Below the pieces are notes generated by a model. It was given only the letters and a program-made list of their open reading frames with translations, searched no databases and was not told the origin of the DNA. From the NCBI GenBank assembly GCA_964016885.1, contig OZ024741.1:254758001-254822000 (forward strand): a stretch of DNA of 64,000 nt. The letters run 5' to 3'. Positions 28,453-43,711 of the stretch are shown here, piece after piece. The DNA comes from Eledone cirrhosa (Eukaryota). The position numbers and the translations under genes were made by a program. Numbering within the stretch: the first letter of the stretch is position 1; every line of letters begins with the position of its first letter.

Positions 28453-28521
28453 AAACAACATATAGACGCGGTTTCAAATCTCTATGCTTTTCAAATTCAT
28501 TACATTAATCTTTATTTATAC
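28453..28521 (+). repeat. 69-bp spacer, haplotype B
   Basis: Starts AAACAACATATAGACGCGG. Confidence 0.95.
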
Positions 28522-30190
28522 GTTTCGCTTTACGAGTGTTTCGACTTACGAGTGTTTCGACATACGAGTGTTTCGACTTACGAATGTTTTTGCTTACGGG
28601 TGTTTCGACTTACGAGTGTTTCGACTTACGGGTGTTTTGACTTACGGGTGTTTCGGCTTACGAGTGTTTCGACTTACGAGTGTTTTGACTTAAGGGTGTT
28701 TCGATTTACGAGTGTTTCGACTTACGAGTGTTTCGACTTACGAGTGTTTCGGGTTACGAGTGTTTTGACTTGAGGGTTTTCGACTTACGAGTGTTTCGAT
28801 ACGAGTGTTTCGACTTACGAGTGTTCTGACTTACGAGTGTTCTGATTCACGGATGTTTTGACACACGAGTGTTTCGACTTACGAGTGTTTCGGGTTACGA
28901 GTGTTTTGACTTACGGGTGTTTTGACATACGAGTGTTTCGATACGAGTGTTTCGACTAACGAGTGTTCTGACTTACGAGTGTTCTGACTTACGAGTGTTT
29001 CGGCTTACGAGTGTTTCCGGCTTACGAGTGTTTCGACTTACGAGTGTTTCGACTTACGAGTGTTTTGACTTACGGTGTTTCGGCTTACGAGTGATTAGAC
29101 TTACGAGTGTTTTGACTTACGGGTGTTTTGACTTACGGGTGTTGTGAATTACGAGTGTTCCGATTTACGAGTGTTTTGACTTACGGTGTTTCGGCTTACA
29201 AGTGATTCGACTTACGAATGTTTTGACTTACGGGTGTTTCGGCTTGCGAGTGTTTCGACTTACGAGTGTTTCGGCTTATGAGTGTTTCGACTTACTAATG
29301 TTTTTACTTACGAGTGTTTCGGCGTACGAGTGTTTTGACTTACGAGTGTTTCGACTTACGAGTGTTTTGACTTACGAATGTTTTGACTTACGGGTGTTTC
29401 GGCTTACGAGTGTTTCGACTTACGTGTGTTTCGGCTTGCGAGTGTTTCGACTTACTAATGTTTTTACTTACGAGTGTTTCGGCGTACGAGTGTTTCGACT
29501 TACGAGTGTTTCGACTTACGGGTGTTTTGACTTAGGGGTGTTTCGGCTTACGAGTGTTTCGACTTACGAGTGTTTTGACTTAAGGGTGTTTCGACTTACG
29601 AGTGTTTCGACTTACGAGTGTTTCGACTTACGGGTGTTTCGACTTACGAGTGTTTTGGCTTACGGTGTTTCGACTTACGAGTGTTTCGGCTTACGAGTGT
29701 TTTGACTTACGAGTGTTTCGACTTACGAGTGTTCTGATTTACGGATGTTTCGACATACGAGTGTTTCGACTTACGAGTGTTTCGACTTACGAGTGTTTTG
29801 ACTTACGGGTGTTTTGACATACGAGTGTTTCGATACGAGTGTTTCGACTTACGAGTGTTCTGACGTACGATTGTTCTGACTTACGAGCGTTCTGACTTAC
29901 GAGTGTTTCGGCTTACGAGTGTTTCGGCTTACGAGAGTTTCGACTTACGAGTGTTTCGACTTACGAGTGTTCCGACTTACGGGTGTTTCGACTTACGAGT
30001 GTTTTGGCTTACGGTGTTTCGACTTACGAGTGTTTCGAGTTAAGAGTGTTTTGACTTACGCGTGTTTTGACATACGAGTGTTCTGACTTACGAGTGTTCT
30101 GACTTACGAGTGTTCTGACTTACGAGTGTTCTGACTTACGAGTGTTCCGACTTTACGAGTGTTTCGGCTTACGAGTGTTTCGACTTACGA

Positions 30191-30259
30191 AAACAACATA
30201 TAGACGCGGTTTCAAATCTCTATGCTTTTCAAATTCATTACATTAATCTTTATTTATAC
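30191..30259 (+). repeat. 69-bp spacer, haplotype B
   Basis: Starts AAACAACATATAGACGCGG. Confidence 0.95.
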
Positions 30260-33200
30260 GTTTCGCTTTACGAGTGTTTCGACTTACGAGTGTTTCGACA
30301 TACGAGTGTTTCGACTTACGAATGTTTTTGCTTACGGGTGTTTCGACTTACGAATGTTTTTGCTTACGAGTGTTTCTGTTTACGAGTGTTCCGACTTACG
30401 AGTGTTCCGACTTACGAGTGTTTCGGCTTATGAGTGTTTCCGGCTTACGAGTGTTTCGACTTACGAGTGTTTCGACTTACGAGTGTTTTGACTTACGGTG
30501 TTTCGGCTTACGAGTGATTAGACTTACGAGTGTTTTGACTTACGGGTGTTTTGACTTACGGGTGTTGTGAATTACGAGTGTTCCGATTTACGAGTGTTTT
30601 GACTTACGGTGTTTCGGCTTACAAGTGATTCGACTTACGAATGTTTTGACTTACGGGTGTTTCGGCTTGCGAGTGTTTCGACTTACGAGTGTTTCGGCTT
30701 ATGAGTGTTTCGACTTACTAATGTTTTCACTTACGAGTGTTTCGGCGTACGAGTGTTTTGACTTACGAGTGTTTCGACTTAGGAGTGTTTTGACTTACGA
30801 ATGTTTTGACTTACGGGTGTTTCGGCTTACGAGTGTTTCGACTTACGAGTGTTTCGGCTTGCGAGTGTTTCGAATTACTAATGTTTTTACTTACGAGTGT
30901 TTCGGCGTACGAGTGTTTCGACTTACGAGTGTTTCGACTTACGGGTGTTTTGACTTAAGGGTGTTTCGACTTACGAGTGTTTCGACTTACGAGTGTTTTG
31001 ACTTAAGGGTGTTTCGACTTACGAGTGTTTCGACTTACGAGTGTTTCGACTTACGAGTGTTTCGGGTTACGAGTGTTTTGACTTGAGGGTTTTCGACTTA
31101 CGAGTGTTTCGATACGAGTGTTTCGACTTACGAGTGTTCTGACTTACGAGTGTTCTGATTTACGGATGTTTTGACACACGAGTGTTTCGAATTACGAGTG
31201 TTTCGACTTACGAGTGTTTTGACTTACGGGTGTTTTGACATACGAGTGTTTCGATACGAGTGTTTCGACTTACGAGTGTTCTGACTTACGAGTGTTCTGA
31301 CTTACGAGTGTTTCGGCTTACGAGTGTTTCCGGCTTACGAGTGTTTCGACTTACGAGTGTTTCGACTTACGAGTGTTTTGACTTACGGTGTTTCGGCTTA
31401 CGAGTGATTAGACTTACGAGTGTTTTGACTTACGGGTGTTTTGACTTACGGGTGTTGTGAATTACGAGTGTTCCGATTAACGAGTGTTTTGACTTACGGT
31501 GTTTCGGCTTACAAGTGATTCGACTTACGAATGTTTTGACTTACGGGTGTTTCGGCTTGCGAGTGTTTCGACCACCGAGTGTTTCGGCTTATGAGTGTTT
31601 CGACTTACTAATGTTTTTACTTACGAGTGTTTCGGCGTACGAGTGTTTTGACTTACGAGTGTTTCGACTTACGAGTGTTTTGACTTACGAATGTTTTGAC
31701 TTACGGGTGTTTCGGCTTACGAGTGTTTCGTCTTACGAGTGTTTCGGCTTGCGAGTGTTTCGACTTACTAATGTTTTTACTTACGAGTGTTTCGGCGTAC
31801 GAGTGTTTCGACTTACGAGTGTTTCGACTTAAAGTGTTTCGACTTACGAGTGTTTCGACTTAAGAGTGTTTCGACTTACGGGTGTTTCGACTTACGAGTG
31901 TTTTGGCTTACGGTGTTTCGACTTACGAGTGTTTCGGCTTACGAGTGTTTTGACTTAAGGGTGTTTCGACTTACGAGTGTTTCGATACGAGTGTTTCGAC
32001 TTACGAGTGTTTCGGCTTACGAGTGTTTCGACTTACGAGTGTTTCGACTTACGAGTGTTCTGATTTACGGATGTTTCGACATACGAGTGTTTCGACTTAC
32101 GAGTGTTTCGACTTACGAGTGTTTTGACTTACGGGTGTTTTGACATACGAGTGTTTCGATACGAGTGTTTCGGCTTACGAGTGTTTCGACTTACGAGTGT
32201 TTCGACTTACGAGTGTTCCGACTTACGGGTGTTTCGACTTACGAGTGTTTCGACTTACGGGTGTTTCGGCTTACGAGTGTTTCGACTTACGAGTGTTTTG
32301 ACTTACGAGTGTTCTGATATACGAGTGTTCTGACTTATGAGTGTTCCGACTTACGAGTGTTCCGACTTACGAGTGTTTCGGCTTATGAGTGTTTCGACTT
32401 ACGAGTGTTTCGGCTTACGGGTGTTTCGACGTACTAGTATTTTTGGCTTACGAGTGTTTCGACTTACGAGTGTTTTAAATTACGATTGTTTCGGCTTACG
32501 AGTGTTTCGACTTACGAGTATTTCGACTTACGAGTGTTTTGACTTATTGGTGTATGACATACGAGTGTTTCGATACGAATGCTCTGACTTACGAGTGTTC
32601 TGACTTACGAGTGTTCTGACTTACGAGTGTTCTGACTTACGAGTGTTCTGACTTACGTGTGTTCCGACTTACGAGTGTTTCGGCTATGGGTGTTTCGACT
32701 TACGAGTGTTTCGACTTACGAATATTTTGGCTTACGAGTGTTTCGGCTTACGAGTGTATCGACTTACGAATGTTTTGGCTTACGAGTGTTTCGGCTTACG
32801 GGTGTTTCGACTTACGAGTGTTTCGACTTACGAGTGTTTTGACTTACGGTGTTTCGGCTTACGAGTTATTCGACATACGAGTGTTTCGACTTACGGGTGT
32901 TTCGACTTACGGGTGTTTCGACTTACGAGTGTTTCTACTTATGAGTGTTTCGACTTACGAGTGTTCTGACTTACGAGTGTTCTGACTTACGAGTGTTCCG
33001 ACTTACGAGTGTTTAGGTTTACGAGTGTTTCGACACATGAGTGTTTTGACTTACGGGTGTTTCGACTTACGGGTGTTTCGACTTACGAGTGTTTCGGCTT
33101 ACGAGTGTTTCGACTTACTAATGTTTTTACTTACGAGTGTTTCGGTGTACGAGTGTTTCGACTTAAGGATGTTTCGATTTACGAGTGTCTCGACTTACGA

Positions 33201-33996
33201 GTGTTTCGGCTTACGTGAGTTTCGACTTAAGAGTGTTCTGATTTACGAGTGTTCTGACTTGCGGGTGTTCTGATTTACGAGTGTTCCGACTTACGAGTGT
33301 TTCGGCTTACGAGTGTTTCGCCTTATGGGTGTTTCGACTTACGAGTGTTTTTACTTACGGTGTTTCGGCTTCCGAGTGTTTCGACATACGAGTGTTTTGA
33401 CTTACGTGTGTTTCGGCTTACGAGTGTTTCGACTTACGAGTGTTTCGGCTTACGAGTGTTTCGACTTACTAATGTTTTTACTTACGAGTGTTTCGGCGTA
33501 CGAGAGTTTTGACTTACGAGTGTTTCGACTTACGAGTGTTTCGACTTACGAGTGTTTTGACTTACGAATGTTTTGACTTACGGGTGTTTCGGCTTACGAG
33601 TGTTTCGACTTACGAGTCTTTCGGCTTACGAGTATTCCGACTTACGAGTGTTTCGGCTTACGAGTGTTTCGGCTCACGAGTGTTTCGACTTACGAGTGTT
33701 TCGACTTACGAGTGTTTCGACTTACGAGTGTTTCGACTTGCGAGTGTTTTCACTTACGAGTGTTTTGACTTACGGTGTTTCGGCTTACGAGTGTTTCGAC
33801 TTACGAGTGTTTTGACTTACGAGTGTTTCGACATACGAGTGTTTCGATACGAGTGTTCTGACTTACTAGTGTTCTGACTTACGAGTGTTCTAACTTACGA
33901 GTGTTCTGACTTACGAGTGTTCTGACTTACGAGTGTTCCGACTTACGAGTGTTTCGGCTCACGAGTGTTTCGGCTTATGAGTGTTTCGACTTACGA

Positions 33997-34065
33997 AAAT
34001 AACAAATAGACGCGGTTTCAAATCTCTATGCTTTTCAAATTCATTACATTAATCTTTATTTATAC
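33997..34065 (+). repeat. 69-bp spacer, haplotype A
   Basis: Same sequence as 926-994. Confidence 0.95.
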
Positions 34066-34651
34066 GTTTCGCTTTACGAGTGTTTCGACTTACGAGTGTT
34101 TCGACTTACGTGTGTTTCGGCTTACGAGTGTTTTGACTTACGAGTGTTTTGACTTACATGTGTTTCGACTTACGCGTGTTTCGACTTACGAGTGTTTCGA
34201 CTTGCGAGTGTTTCGACTACGGGTGTTTCGACTTACGAATGTTTTGACTTACGGATGTTTTGACTTACGGGTGTTTCGGCTTACGAGTGTTTCGACTTAC
34301 GAGTGTTTCGACTTGCGAGTGTTTTCACTTACGAGTGTTTTGACTTACGGTGTTTCGGCTTACGAGTGTTTCGACTTACGAGTGTTTTGACTTACGGGTG
34401 TTTTGACATACGAGTGTTTCGATACGAGTGTTCTGACTTACGAGTGTTCTGACTTACGAGTGTTCTGACTTACGAGTGTTCTGACTTACGAGTGTTCTGA
34501 CATACGTGTGTTCTGACTTACGAGTGTTCCGATTTACGAGTGTTTCGGCTTATGAGTGTTTCGACTTACGAATGTTTTTGCTTACGGGTGTTTCGACTTA
34601 CGAATGTTTTTGCTTACGAGTGTTTCGGCTTACGAGTGTTTCGACTTACCA

Positions 34652-34720
34652 AAATAACAAATAGACGTGGTTTCAAATCTCTATGCTTTTCAAATTCATT
34701 ACATTAATCTTTATTTACAC
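34652..34720 (+). repeat. 69-bp spacer, haplotype C
   Basis: Left flank TTACCA, internal GACGTGG, ends TTTATTTACAC. Confidence 0.95.
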
Positions 34721-35923
34721 GTTTCGCTTTACGAGTGTTTCGACTTACGAGTGTTTCGACTTACGAGTGTTTTGACTTATGGGTGTTTGACATACGAGTG
34801 TTTCGATACGAATGCTCTGACTTACGAGTGTTCTGACTTACGAGTGTTCTGACTTACGAGTGTTCTGACTTACGAGTGTTCTGACTTACGAGTGTTTCGA
34901 CTTACGAGTGTTCTGACTTACGAGTGTTCTGACTTACGAATGTTCCGACTTACGAGTGTTTCGACTTACGAGTGTTTCGACTTACGAGTGTTTCGACTTA
35001 CGAGTCTTTCGGCTTACGAGTGTTTTGACTTACGAGTGTTCTGACTACGAGTGTTCTGACTTACGAGTGTTTCGGCTTATGAGTGTTTCGACTTACGAGT
35101 GTTTCGGCTTATGAGTGTTTCGACTTACGAGTGTTTCGGCTTACGAGTGTTTCGACTTACGAGTGTTTCGACTTACGAGTGTTTCGACTTACGGGTGTTT
35201 CGACTTACGAGTGTTTCGACTACGAGTGTTTCGACTTACGAGTGTTTCGGCTTACGAGTGTTTCGACTTACGGGTGTTTCGACTTACGAGTGTTTTGGCT
35301 TACGGTGTTTCGACTTACGAGTGTTTCGGCTTACGAGTGTTTTGACTTAAGGGTGTTTCGACTTACGAGTGTTTCGATACGAGTGTTTCGACTTACGAGT
35401 GTTTCGGCTTACGAGTGTTTCGACTTACGAGTGTTTCGACTTACGAGTGTTCTGATTTACGGATGTTTCGACATACGAGTGTTTCGACTTACGAGTGTTT
35501 CGACTTACGAGTGTTTTGACTTACGGGTGTTTTGACATACGAGTGTTTCGATACGAGTGTTTCGACTTACGAGGGTTCTGACTTACGATTGTTCTGACTT
35601 ACGAGCGTTCTGACTTACGAGTGTTTCGGCTTACGAGTGTTTCGGCTTACGAGTGTTTCGACTTACGAGTGTTTCGACTTACGAGTGTTCCGACTTACGG
35701 GTGTTTCGACTTACGAGTGTTTTGGCATACGGTGTTTCGACTTACGAGTGTTTCGAGTTAAGAGTGTTAGACTTACGCGTGTTTTGACATACGAGTGTTC
35801 TGACTTACGAGTGTTCTGACTTACGAGTGTTCTGACTTACGAGTGTTCTGACTTACGAGTGTTCCGACTTTACGAGTGTTTCGGCTCACGAGTGTTTCGG
35901 CTTACGAGTGTTTCGACTTACGA

Positions 35924-35992
35924 AAACAACATATAGACGCGGTTTCAAATCTCTATGCTTTTCAAATTCATTACATTAATCTTTATTTATAC
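35924..35992 (+). repeat. 69-bp spacer, haplotype B
   Basis: Starts AAACAACATATAGACGCGG. Confidence 0.95.
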
Positions 35993-38518
35993 GTTTCGCT
36001 TTACGAGTGTTTCGACTTACGAGTGTTTCGACATACGAGTGTTTCGACTTACGAATGTTTTTGCTTACGGGTGTTTCGACTTACGAATGTTTTTGCTTAC
36101 GAGTGTTTCGGTTTACGAGTGTTCCGACTTACGAGTGTTCCGACTTACGAGTGTTTCGGCTTACGAGTGTTTCCGGCTTACGAGTGTTTCGACTTACGAG
36201 TGTTTCGACTTACGAGTGTTTTGACTTACGGGTGTTTTGACTTACGGGTGTTGTGAATTACGAGTGTTCCGATTTACGAGTGTTTTGACTTGAGGGTTTT
36301 CGACTTACGAGTGTTTCGATACGAGTGTTTCGACTTACGAGTGTTCTGACTTACGAGTGTTCTGATTTACGGATGTTTTGACACACGAGTGTTTCGAATT
36401 ACGAGTGTTTCGACTTAAAGTGTTTCGACTTACGAGTGTTTCGACTTAAGAGTGTTTCGACTTACGGGTGTTTCGACTTACGAGTGTTTTGGCTTACGGT
36501 GTTTCGACTTACGAGTGTTTCGGCTTACGAGTGTTTTGACTTAAGGGTGTTTCGACTTACGAGTGTTTCGATACGAGTGTTTCGACTTACGAGTGTTTCG
36601 GCTTACGAGTGTTTCGACTTACGAGTGTTTCGACTTACGAGTGTTCTGATTTACGGATGTTTCGACATACGAGTGTTTCGACTTACGAGTGTTTCGACTT
36701 ACGAGTGTTTTGACTTACGGGTGTTTTGACATACGAGTGTTTCGATACGAGTGTTTCGACTTACGAGTGTTCTGACTTACGATTGTTCTGACTTACGAGC
36801 GTTCTGACTTATGAGTGTTTCGGTTTACGAGTGTTTCGGCTTACGAGTGTTTCGACTTACGAGTGTTTCGACTTACGAGTGTTCCGACTTACGGGTGTTT
36901 CGACTTACGAGTGTTTCGACTTACGGGTGTTTCGGCTTACGAGTGTTTCGACGTACGAGTATTTTTGGCTTACGAGTGTTTCGACTTACGAGTGTTTTGA
37001 ATTACGATTGTTTCGGCTTACGAGTGTTTCGACTTACGAGTATTTCGACTTACGAGTGTTTTGACTTATGGGTGTTTGACATAGGAGTGTTTCGATACGA
37101 ATGCTCTGACTTACGAGTGTTCTGACTTACGAGTGTTCTGACTTACGAGTGTTCTGACTTACGAGTGTTCTGACTTACGTGTGTTCCGACTTACGAGTGT
37201 TTCGGCTATGGGTGTTTCGACTTACGAGTGTTTCGACTTACGAATGTTTTGGCTTACGAGTGTTTCGGCTTACGAGTGTATCGACTTACGAATGTTTTGG
37301 CTTACGAGTGTTTCGGCTTACGGGTGTTTCGACTTACGAGTGTTTCGACTTACGAGTGTTTTGACTTACGGTGTTTCGGCTTACGAGATATTCGACATAC
37401 GAGTGTTTCGACTTACGGGTGTTTCGACTTACGTGTGTTTCGACTTACGAGTGTTTCTACTTATGAGTGTTTCGACTTACGAGAGTTCTGACTTACGAGT
37501 GTTCTGACTTACGAGTGTTCCGACTTACGAGTGTTTAGGTTTACGAGTGTTTCGACACATGAGTGTTTTGACTTACGGGTGTTTCGACTTACGGGTGTTT
37601 CGACTTACGAGTGTTTCGGCTTACGAGTGTTTCGACTTACTAATGTTTTTACTTACGAGTGTTTCGGTGTACGAGTGTTTCGACTTAAGGATGTTTCGAT
37701 TTACGAGTGTCTCGACTTACGAGTGTTTCGGCTTACGTGAGTTTCGACTTAAGAGTGTTCTGATTTACGAGTGTTCTGACTTGCGGGTGTTCTGATTTAC
37801 GAGTGTTCCGACTTACGAGTGTTTCGGCTTACGAGTGTTTCGCCTTATGGGTGTTTCGACTTACGAGTGTTTTTACTTACGGTGTTTCGGCTTCCGAGTG
37901 TTTCGACATACGAGTGTTTTGACTTACGTGTGTTTCGGCTTACGAGTGTTTCGACTTACGAGTGTTTCGGCTTACGAGTGTTTCGACTTACTAATGTTTT
38001 TACTTACGAGTGTTTCGGCGTACGAGAGTTTTGACTTACGAGTGTTTCTACTTACGAGTGTTTCGACTTCCGAGTGTTTTGACTTACGAATGTTTTGACT
38101 TACGGGTGTTTCGGCTTACGAGTGTTTCGACTTACGAGTCTTTCGGCTTACGAGTATTCCGACTTACGAGTGTTTCGGCTTACGAGTGTTTCGGCTCACG
38201 AGTGTTTCGACTTACGAGTGTTTCGACTTACGAGTGTTTCGACTTACGAGTGTTTCGACTTGCGAGTGTTTTCACTTACGAGTGTTTTGACTTACGGTGT
38301 TTCGGCTTACGAGTGTTTCGACTTACGAGTGTTTTGACTTACGGGTGTTTTGACATACGAGTGTTTCGATACGAGTGTTCTGACTTACTAGTGTTCTGAC
38401 TTACGAGTGTTCTAACTTACGAGTGTTCTGACTTACGAGTGTTCTGACTTACGAGTGTTCCGACTTACGAGTGTTTCGGCTCACGAGTGTTTCGGCTTAT
38501 GAGTGTTTCGACTTACGA

Positions 38519-38587
38519 AAATAACAAATAGACGCGGTTTCAAATCTCTATGCTTTTCAAATTCATTACATTAATCTTTATTTATAC
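38519..38587 (+). repeat. 69-bp spacer, haplotype A
   Basis: Same sequence as 926-994. Confidence 0.95.
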
Positions 38588-39173
38588 GTTTCGCTTTACG
38601 AGTGTTTCGACTTACGAGTGTTTCGACTTACGAGTGTTTCGGCTTACGAGTGTTTTGACTTACGAGTGTTTTGACTTACATGTGTTTCGACTTACGCGTG
38701 TTTCGACTTACGAGTGTTTCGACTTGCGAGTGTTTAGACTACGGGTGTTTCGACTTACGAATGTTTTGACTTACGGGTGTTTTGACTTACGGGTGTTTCG
38801 GCTTACGAGTGTTTCGACTTACGAGTGTTTCGACTTGCGAGTGTTTTCACTTACGAGTGTTTTGATTTACGGTGTTTCGGCTTACGAGTGTTTCGACTTA
38901 CGAGTGTTTTGACTTACGGGTGTTTTGACATACGAGTGTTTCGATACGAGTGTTCTGACTTACGAGTGTTCTGACTTACGAGTGTTCTGACTTACGAGTG
39001 TTCTGACTTACGAGTGTTCTGACATACGTGTGTTCTGACTTACGAGTGTTCCGATTTACGAGTGTTTCGGCTTATGAGTGTTTCGACTTACGAATGTTTT
39101 TGCTTACGGGTATTTCGACTTACGAATGTTTTTGCTTACGAGTGTTTCGGCTTACGAGTGTTTCGACTTACCA

Positions 39174-39242
39174 AAATAACAAATAGACGTGGTTTCAAAT
39201 CTCTATGCTTTTCAAATTCATTACATTAATCTTTATTTACAC
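39174..39242 (+). repeat. 69-bp spacer, haplotype C
   Basis: Left flank TTACCA, internal GACGTGG, ends TTTACAC. Confidence 0.95.
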
Positions 39243-40461
39243 GTTTCGCTTTACGAGTGTTTCGACTTACGAGTGTTTCGACTTACGAGTGTTTTGACTT
39301 ATGGGTGTTTGACATACGAGTGTTTCGATACGAATGCTCTGACTTACGAGTGTTCTGACTTATGAGTGTTCTGACTTACGAGTGTTCTGACTTACGAGTG
39401 TTCTGACTTACGAGTGTTTCGACTTACGAGTGTTCTGACTTACGAGTGTTCTGACTTACGAGTGTTCCGACTTACGAGTGTTTCGACTTACGAGTGTTTC
39501 GACTTACGAGTGTTTCGACTTACGAGTGTTTCGGCTTACGAGTGTTTTGACTTACGAGTGTTCTGACTACGAGTGTTCTGACTTACGAGTGTTTCGGCTT
39601 ATGAGTGTTTCGACTTACGAGTGTTTCGGCTTATGAGTGTTTCGACTTACGAGTGTTTCGGCTTACGAGTGTTTCGACTTACGAGTGTTTCGATTTACGA
39701 GTGTTTCGACTTACGGGTGTTTCGACTTACGAGTGTTTCGACTACGAGTGTTTCGACTTACGAGTGTTTCGGCTTACGAGTGTTTCGACTTACGGGTGTT
39801 TCGACTTACGAGTGTTTTGGCTTACGGTGTTTCGACTTACGAGTGTTTCGGCTTACGAGTGTTTTGACTTAAGGGTGTTTCGACTTACGAGTGTTTCGAT
39901 ACGAGTGTTTCGACTTACGAGTGTTTCGGCTTACGAGTGTTTCGACTTACGAGTGTTTCGACTTACGAGTGTTCTGATTTACGGATGTTTCGACATACGA
40001 GTGTTTCGACTTACGAGTGTTTCGACTTACGAGTGTTTCGACTTACGAGTGTTTTGACTTACGGGTGTTTTGACATACGAGTGTTTCGATACGAGTGTTT
40101 CGACTTACGAGGGTTCTGACTTACGATTGTTCTGACTTACGAGCGTTCTGACTTACGAGTGTTTCGGCTTACGAGTGTTTCGGCTTACGAGTGTTTCGAC
40201 TTACGAGTGTTTCGACTTACGAGTGTTCCGACTTACGGGTGTTTCGACTTACGAGTGTTTTGGCATACGGTGTTTCGACTTACGAGTGTTTCGAGTTAAG
40301 AGTGTTAGACTTACGCGTGTTTTGACATACGAGTGTTCTGACTTACGAGTGTTCTGACTTACGAGTGTTCTGACTTACGAGTGTTCTGACTTACGAGTGT
40401 TCCGACTTTACGAGTGTTTCGGCTCACGAGTGTTTCGGCTTACGAGTGTTTCGACTTACGA

Positions 40462-40530
40462 AAACAACATATAGACGCGGTTTCAAATCTCTATGCTTTT
40501 CAAATTCATTACATTAATCTTTATTTATAC
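40462..40530 (+). repeat. 69-bp spacer, haplotype B
   Basis: Starts AAACAACATATAGACGCGG. Confidence 0.95.
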
Positions 40531-43056
40531 GTTTCGCTTTACGAGTGTTTCGACTTACGAGTGTTTCGACATACGAGTGTTTCGACTTACGAATGTTTTT
40601 GCTTACGGGTGTTTCGACTTACGAATGTTTTTGCTTACGAGTGTTTCGGTTTACGAGTGTTCCGACTTACGAGTGTTCCGACTTACGAGTGTTTCGGCTT
40701 ACGAGTGTTTCCGGCTTACGAGTGTTTCGACTTACGAGTGTTTCGACTTACGAGTGTTTTGACTTACGGGTGTTTTGACTTACGGGTGTTGTGAATTACG
40801 AGTGTTCCGATTTACGAGTGTTTTGACTTGAGGGTTTTCGACTTACGAGTGTTTCGATACGAGTGTTTCGACTTACGAGTGTTCTGACTTACGAGTGTTC
40901 TGATTTACGGATGTTTTGACACACGAGTGTTTCGAATTACGAGTGTTTCGACTTAAAGTGTTTCGACTTACGAGTGTTTCGACTTAAGAGTGTTTCGACT
41001 TACGGGTGTTTCGACTTACGAGTGTTTTGGCTTACGGTGTTTCGACTTACGAGTGTTTCGGCTTACGAGTGTTTTGACTTAAGGGTGTTTCGACTTACGA
41101 GTGTTTCGATACGAGTGTTTCGACTTACGAGTGTTTCGGCTTACGAGTGTTTCGACTTACGAGTGTTTCGACTTACGAGTGTTCTGATTTACGGATGTTT
41201 CGACATACGAGTGTTTCGACTTACGAGTGTTTCGACTTACGAGTGTTTTGACTTACGGGTGTTTTGACATACGAGTGTTTCGATACGAGTGTTTCGACTT
41301 ACGAGTGTTCTGACTTACGATTGTTCTGACTTACGAGCGTTCTGACTTATGAGTGTTTCGGTTTACGAGTGTTTCGGCTTACGAGTGTTTCGACTTACGA
41401 GTGTTTCGACTTACGAGTGTTCCGACTTACGGGTGTTTCGACTTACGAGTGTTTCGACTTACGGGTGTTTCGGCTTACGAGTGTTTCGACGTACGAGTAT
41501 TTTTGGCTTACGAGTGTTTCGACTTACGAGTGTTTTGAATTACGATTGTTTCGGCTTACGAGTGTTTCGACTTACGAGTATTTCGACTTACGAGTGTTTT
41601 GACTTATGGGTGTTTGACATAGGAGTGTTTCGATACGAATGCTCTGACTTACGAGTGTTCTGACTTACGAGTGTTCTGACTTACGAGTGTTCTGACTTAC
41701 GAGTGTTCTGACTTACGTGTGTTCCGACTTACGAGTGTTTCGGCTATGGGTGTTTCGACTTACGAGTGTTTCGACTTACGAATGTTTTGGCTTACGAGTG
41801 TTTCGGCTTACGAGTGTATCGACTTACGAATGTTTTGGCTTACGAGTGTTTCGGCTTACGGGTGTTTCGACTTACGAGTGTTTCGACTTACGAGTGTTTT
41901 GACTTACGGTGTTTCGGCTTACGAGATATTCGACATACGAGTGTTTCGACTTACGGGTGTTTCGACTTACGTGTGTTTCGACTTACGAGTGTTTCTACTT
42001 ATGAGTGTTTCGACTTACGAGAGTTCTGACTTACGAGTGTTCTGACTTACGAGTGTTCCGACTTACGAGTGTTTAGGTTTACGAGTGTTTCGACACATGA
42101 GTGTTTTGACTTACGGGTGTTTCGACTTACGGGTGTTTCGACTTACGAGTGTTTCGGCTTACGAGTGTTTCGACTTACTAATGTTTTTACTTACGAGTGT
42201 TTCGGTGTACGAGTGTTTCGACTTAAGGATGTTTCGATTTACGAGTGTCTCGACTTACGAGTGTTTCGGCTTACGTGAGTTTCGACTTAAGAGTGTTCTG
42301 ATTTACGAGTGTTCTGACTTGCGGGTGTTCTGATTTACGAGTGTTCCGACTTACGAGTGTTTCGGCTTACGAGTGTTTCGCCTTATGGGTGTTTCGACTT
42401 ACGAGTGTTTTTACTTACGGTGTTTCGGCTTCCGAGTGTTTCGACATACGAGTGTTTTGACTTACGTGTGTTTCGGCTTACGAGTGTTTCGACTTACGAG
42501 TGTTTCGGCTTACGAGTGTTTCGACTTACTAATGTTTTTACTTACGAGTGTTTCGGCGTACGAGAGTTTTGACTTACGAGTGTTTCTACTTACGAGTGTT
42601 TCGACTTCCGAGTGTTTTGACTTACGAATGTTTTGACTTACGGGTGTTTCGGCTTACGAGTGTTTCGACTTACGAGTCTTTCGGCTTACGAGTATTCCGA
42701 CTTACGAGTGTTTCGGCTTACGAGTGTTTCGGCTCACGAGTGTTTCGACTTACGAGTGTTTCGACTTACGAGTGTTTCGACTTACGAGTGTTTCGACTTG
42801 CGAGTGTTTTCACTTACGAGTGTTTTGACTTACGGTGTTTCGGCTTACGAGTGTTTCGACTTACGAGTGTTTTGACTTACGGGTGTTTTGACATACGAGT
42901 GTTTCGATACGAGTGTTCTGACTTACTAGTGTTCTGACTTACGAGTGTTCTAACTTACGAGTGTTCTGACTTACGAGTGTTCTGACTTACGAGTGTTCCG
43001 ACTTACGAGTGTTTCGGCTCACGAGTGTTTCGGCTTATGAGTGTTTCGACTTACGA

Positions 43057-43125
43057 AAATAACAAATAGACGCGGTTTCAAATCTCTATGCTTTTCAAAT
43101 TCATTACATTAATCTTTATTTATAC
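43057..43125 (+). repeat. 69-bp spacer, haplotype A
   Basis: Same sequence as 926-994. Confidence 0.95.
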
Positions 43126-43711
43126 GTTTCGCTTTACGAGTGTTTCGACTTACGAGTGTTTCGACTTACGAGTGTTTCGGCTTACGAGTGTTTTGACTTA
43201 CGAGTGTTTTGACTTACATGTGTTTCGACTTACGCGTGTTTCGACTTACGAGTGTTTCGACTTGCGAGTGTTTAGACTACGGGTGTTTCGACTTACGAAT
43301 GTTTTGACTTACGGGTGTTTTGACTTACGGGTGTTTCGGCTTACGAGTGTTTCGACTTACGAGTGTTTCGACTTGCGAGTGTTTTCACTTACGAGTGTTT
43401 TGATTTACGGTGTTTCGGCTTACGAGTGTTTCGACTTACGAGTGTTTTGACTTACGGGTGTTTTGACATACGAGTGTTTCGATACGAGTGTTCTGACTTA
43501 CGAGTGTTCTGACTTACGAGTGTTCTGACTTACGAGTGTTCTGACTTACGAGTGTTCTGACATACGTGTGTTCTGACTTACGAGTGTTCCGATTTACGAG
43601 TGTTTCGGCTTATGAGTGTTTCGACTTACGAATGTTTTTGCTTACGGGTATTTCGACTTACGAATGTTTTTGCTTACGAGTGTTTCGGCTTACGAGTGTT
43701 TCGACTTACCA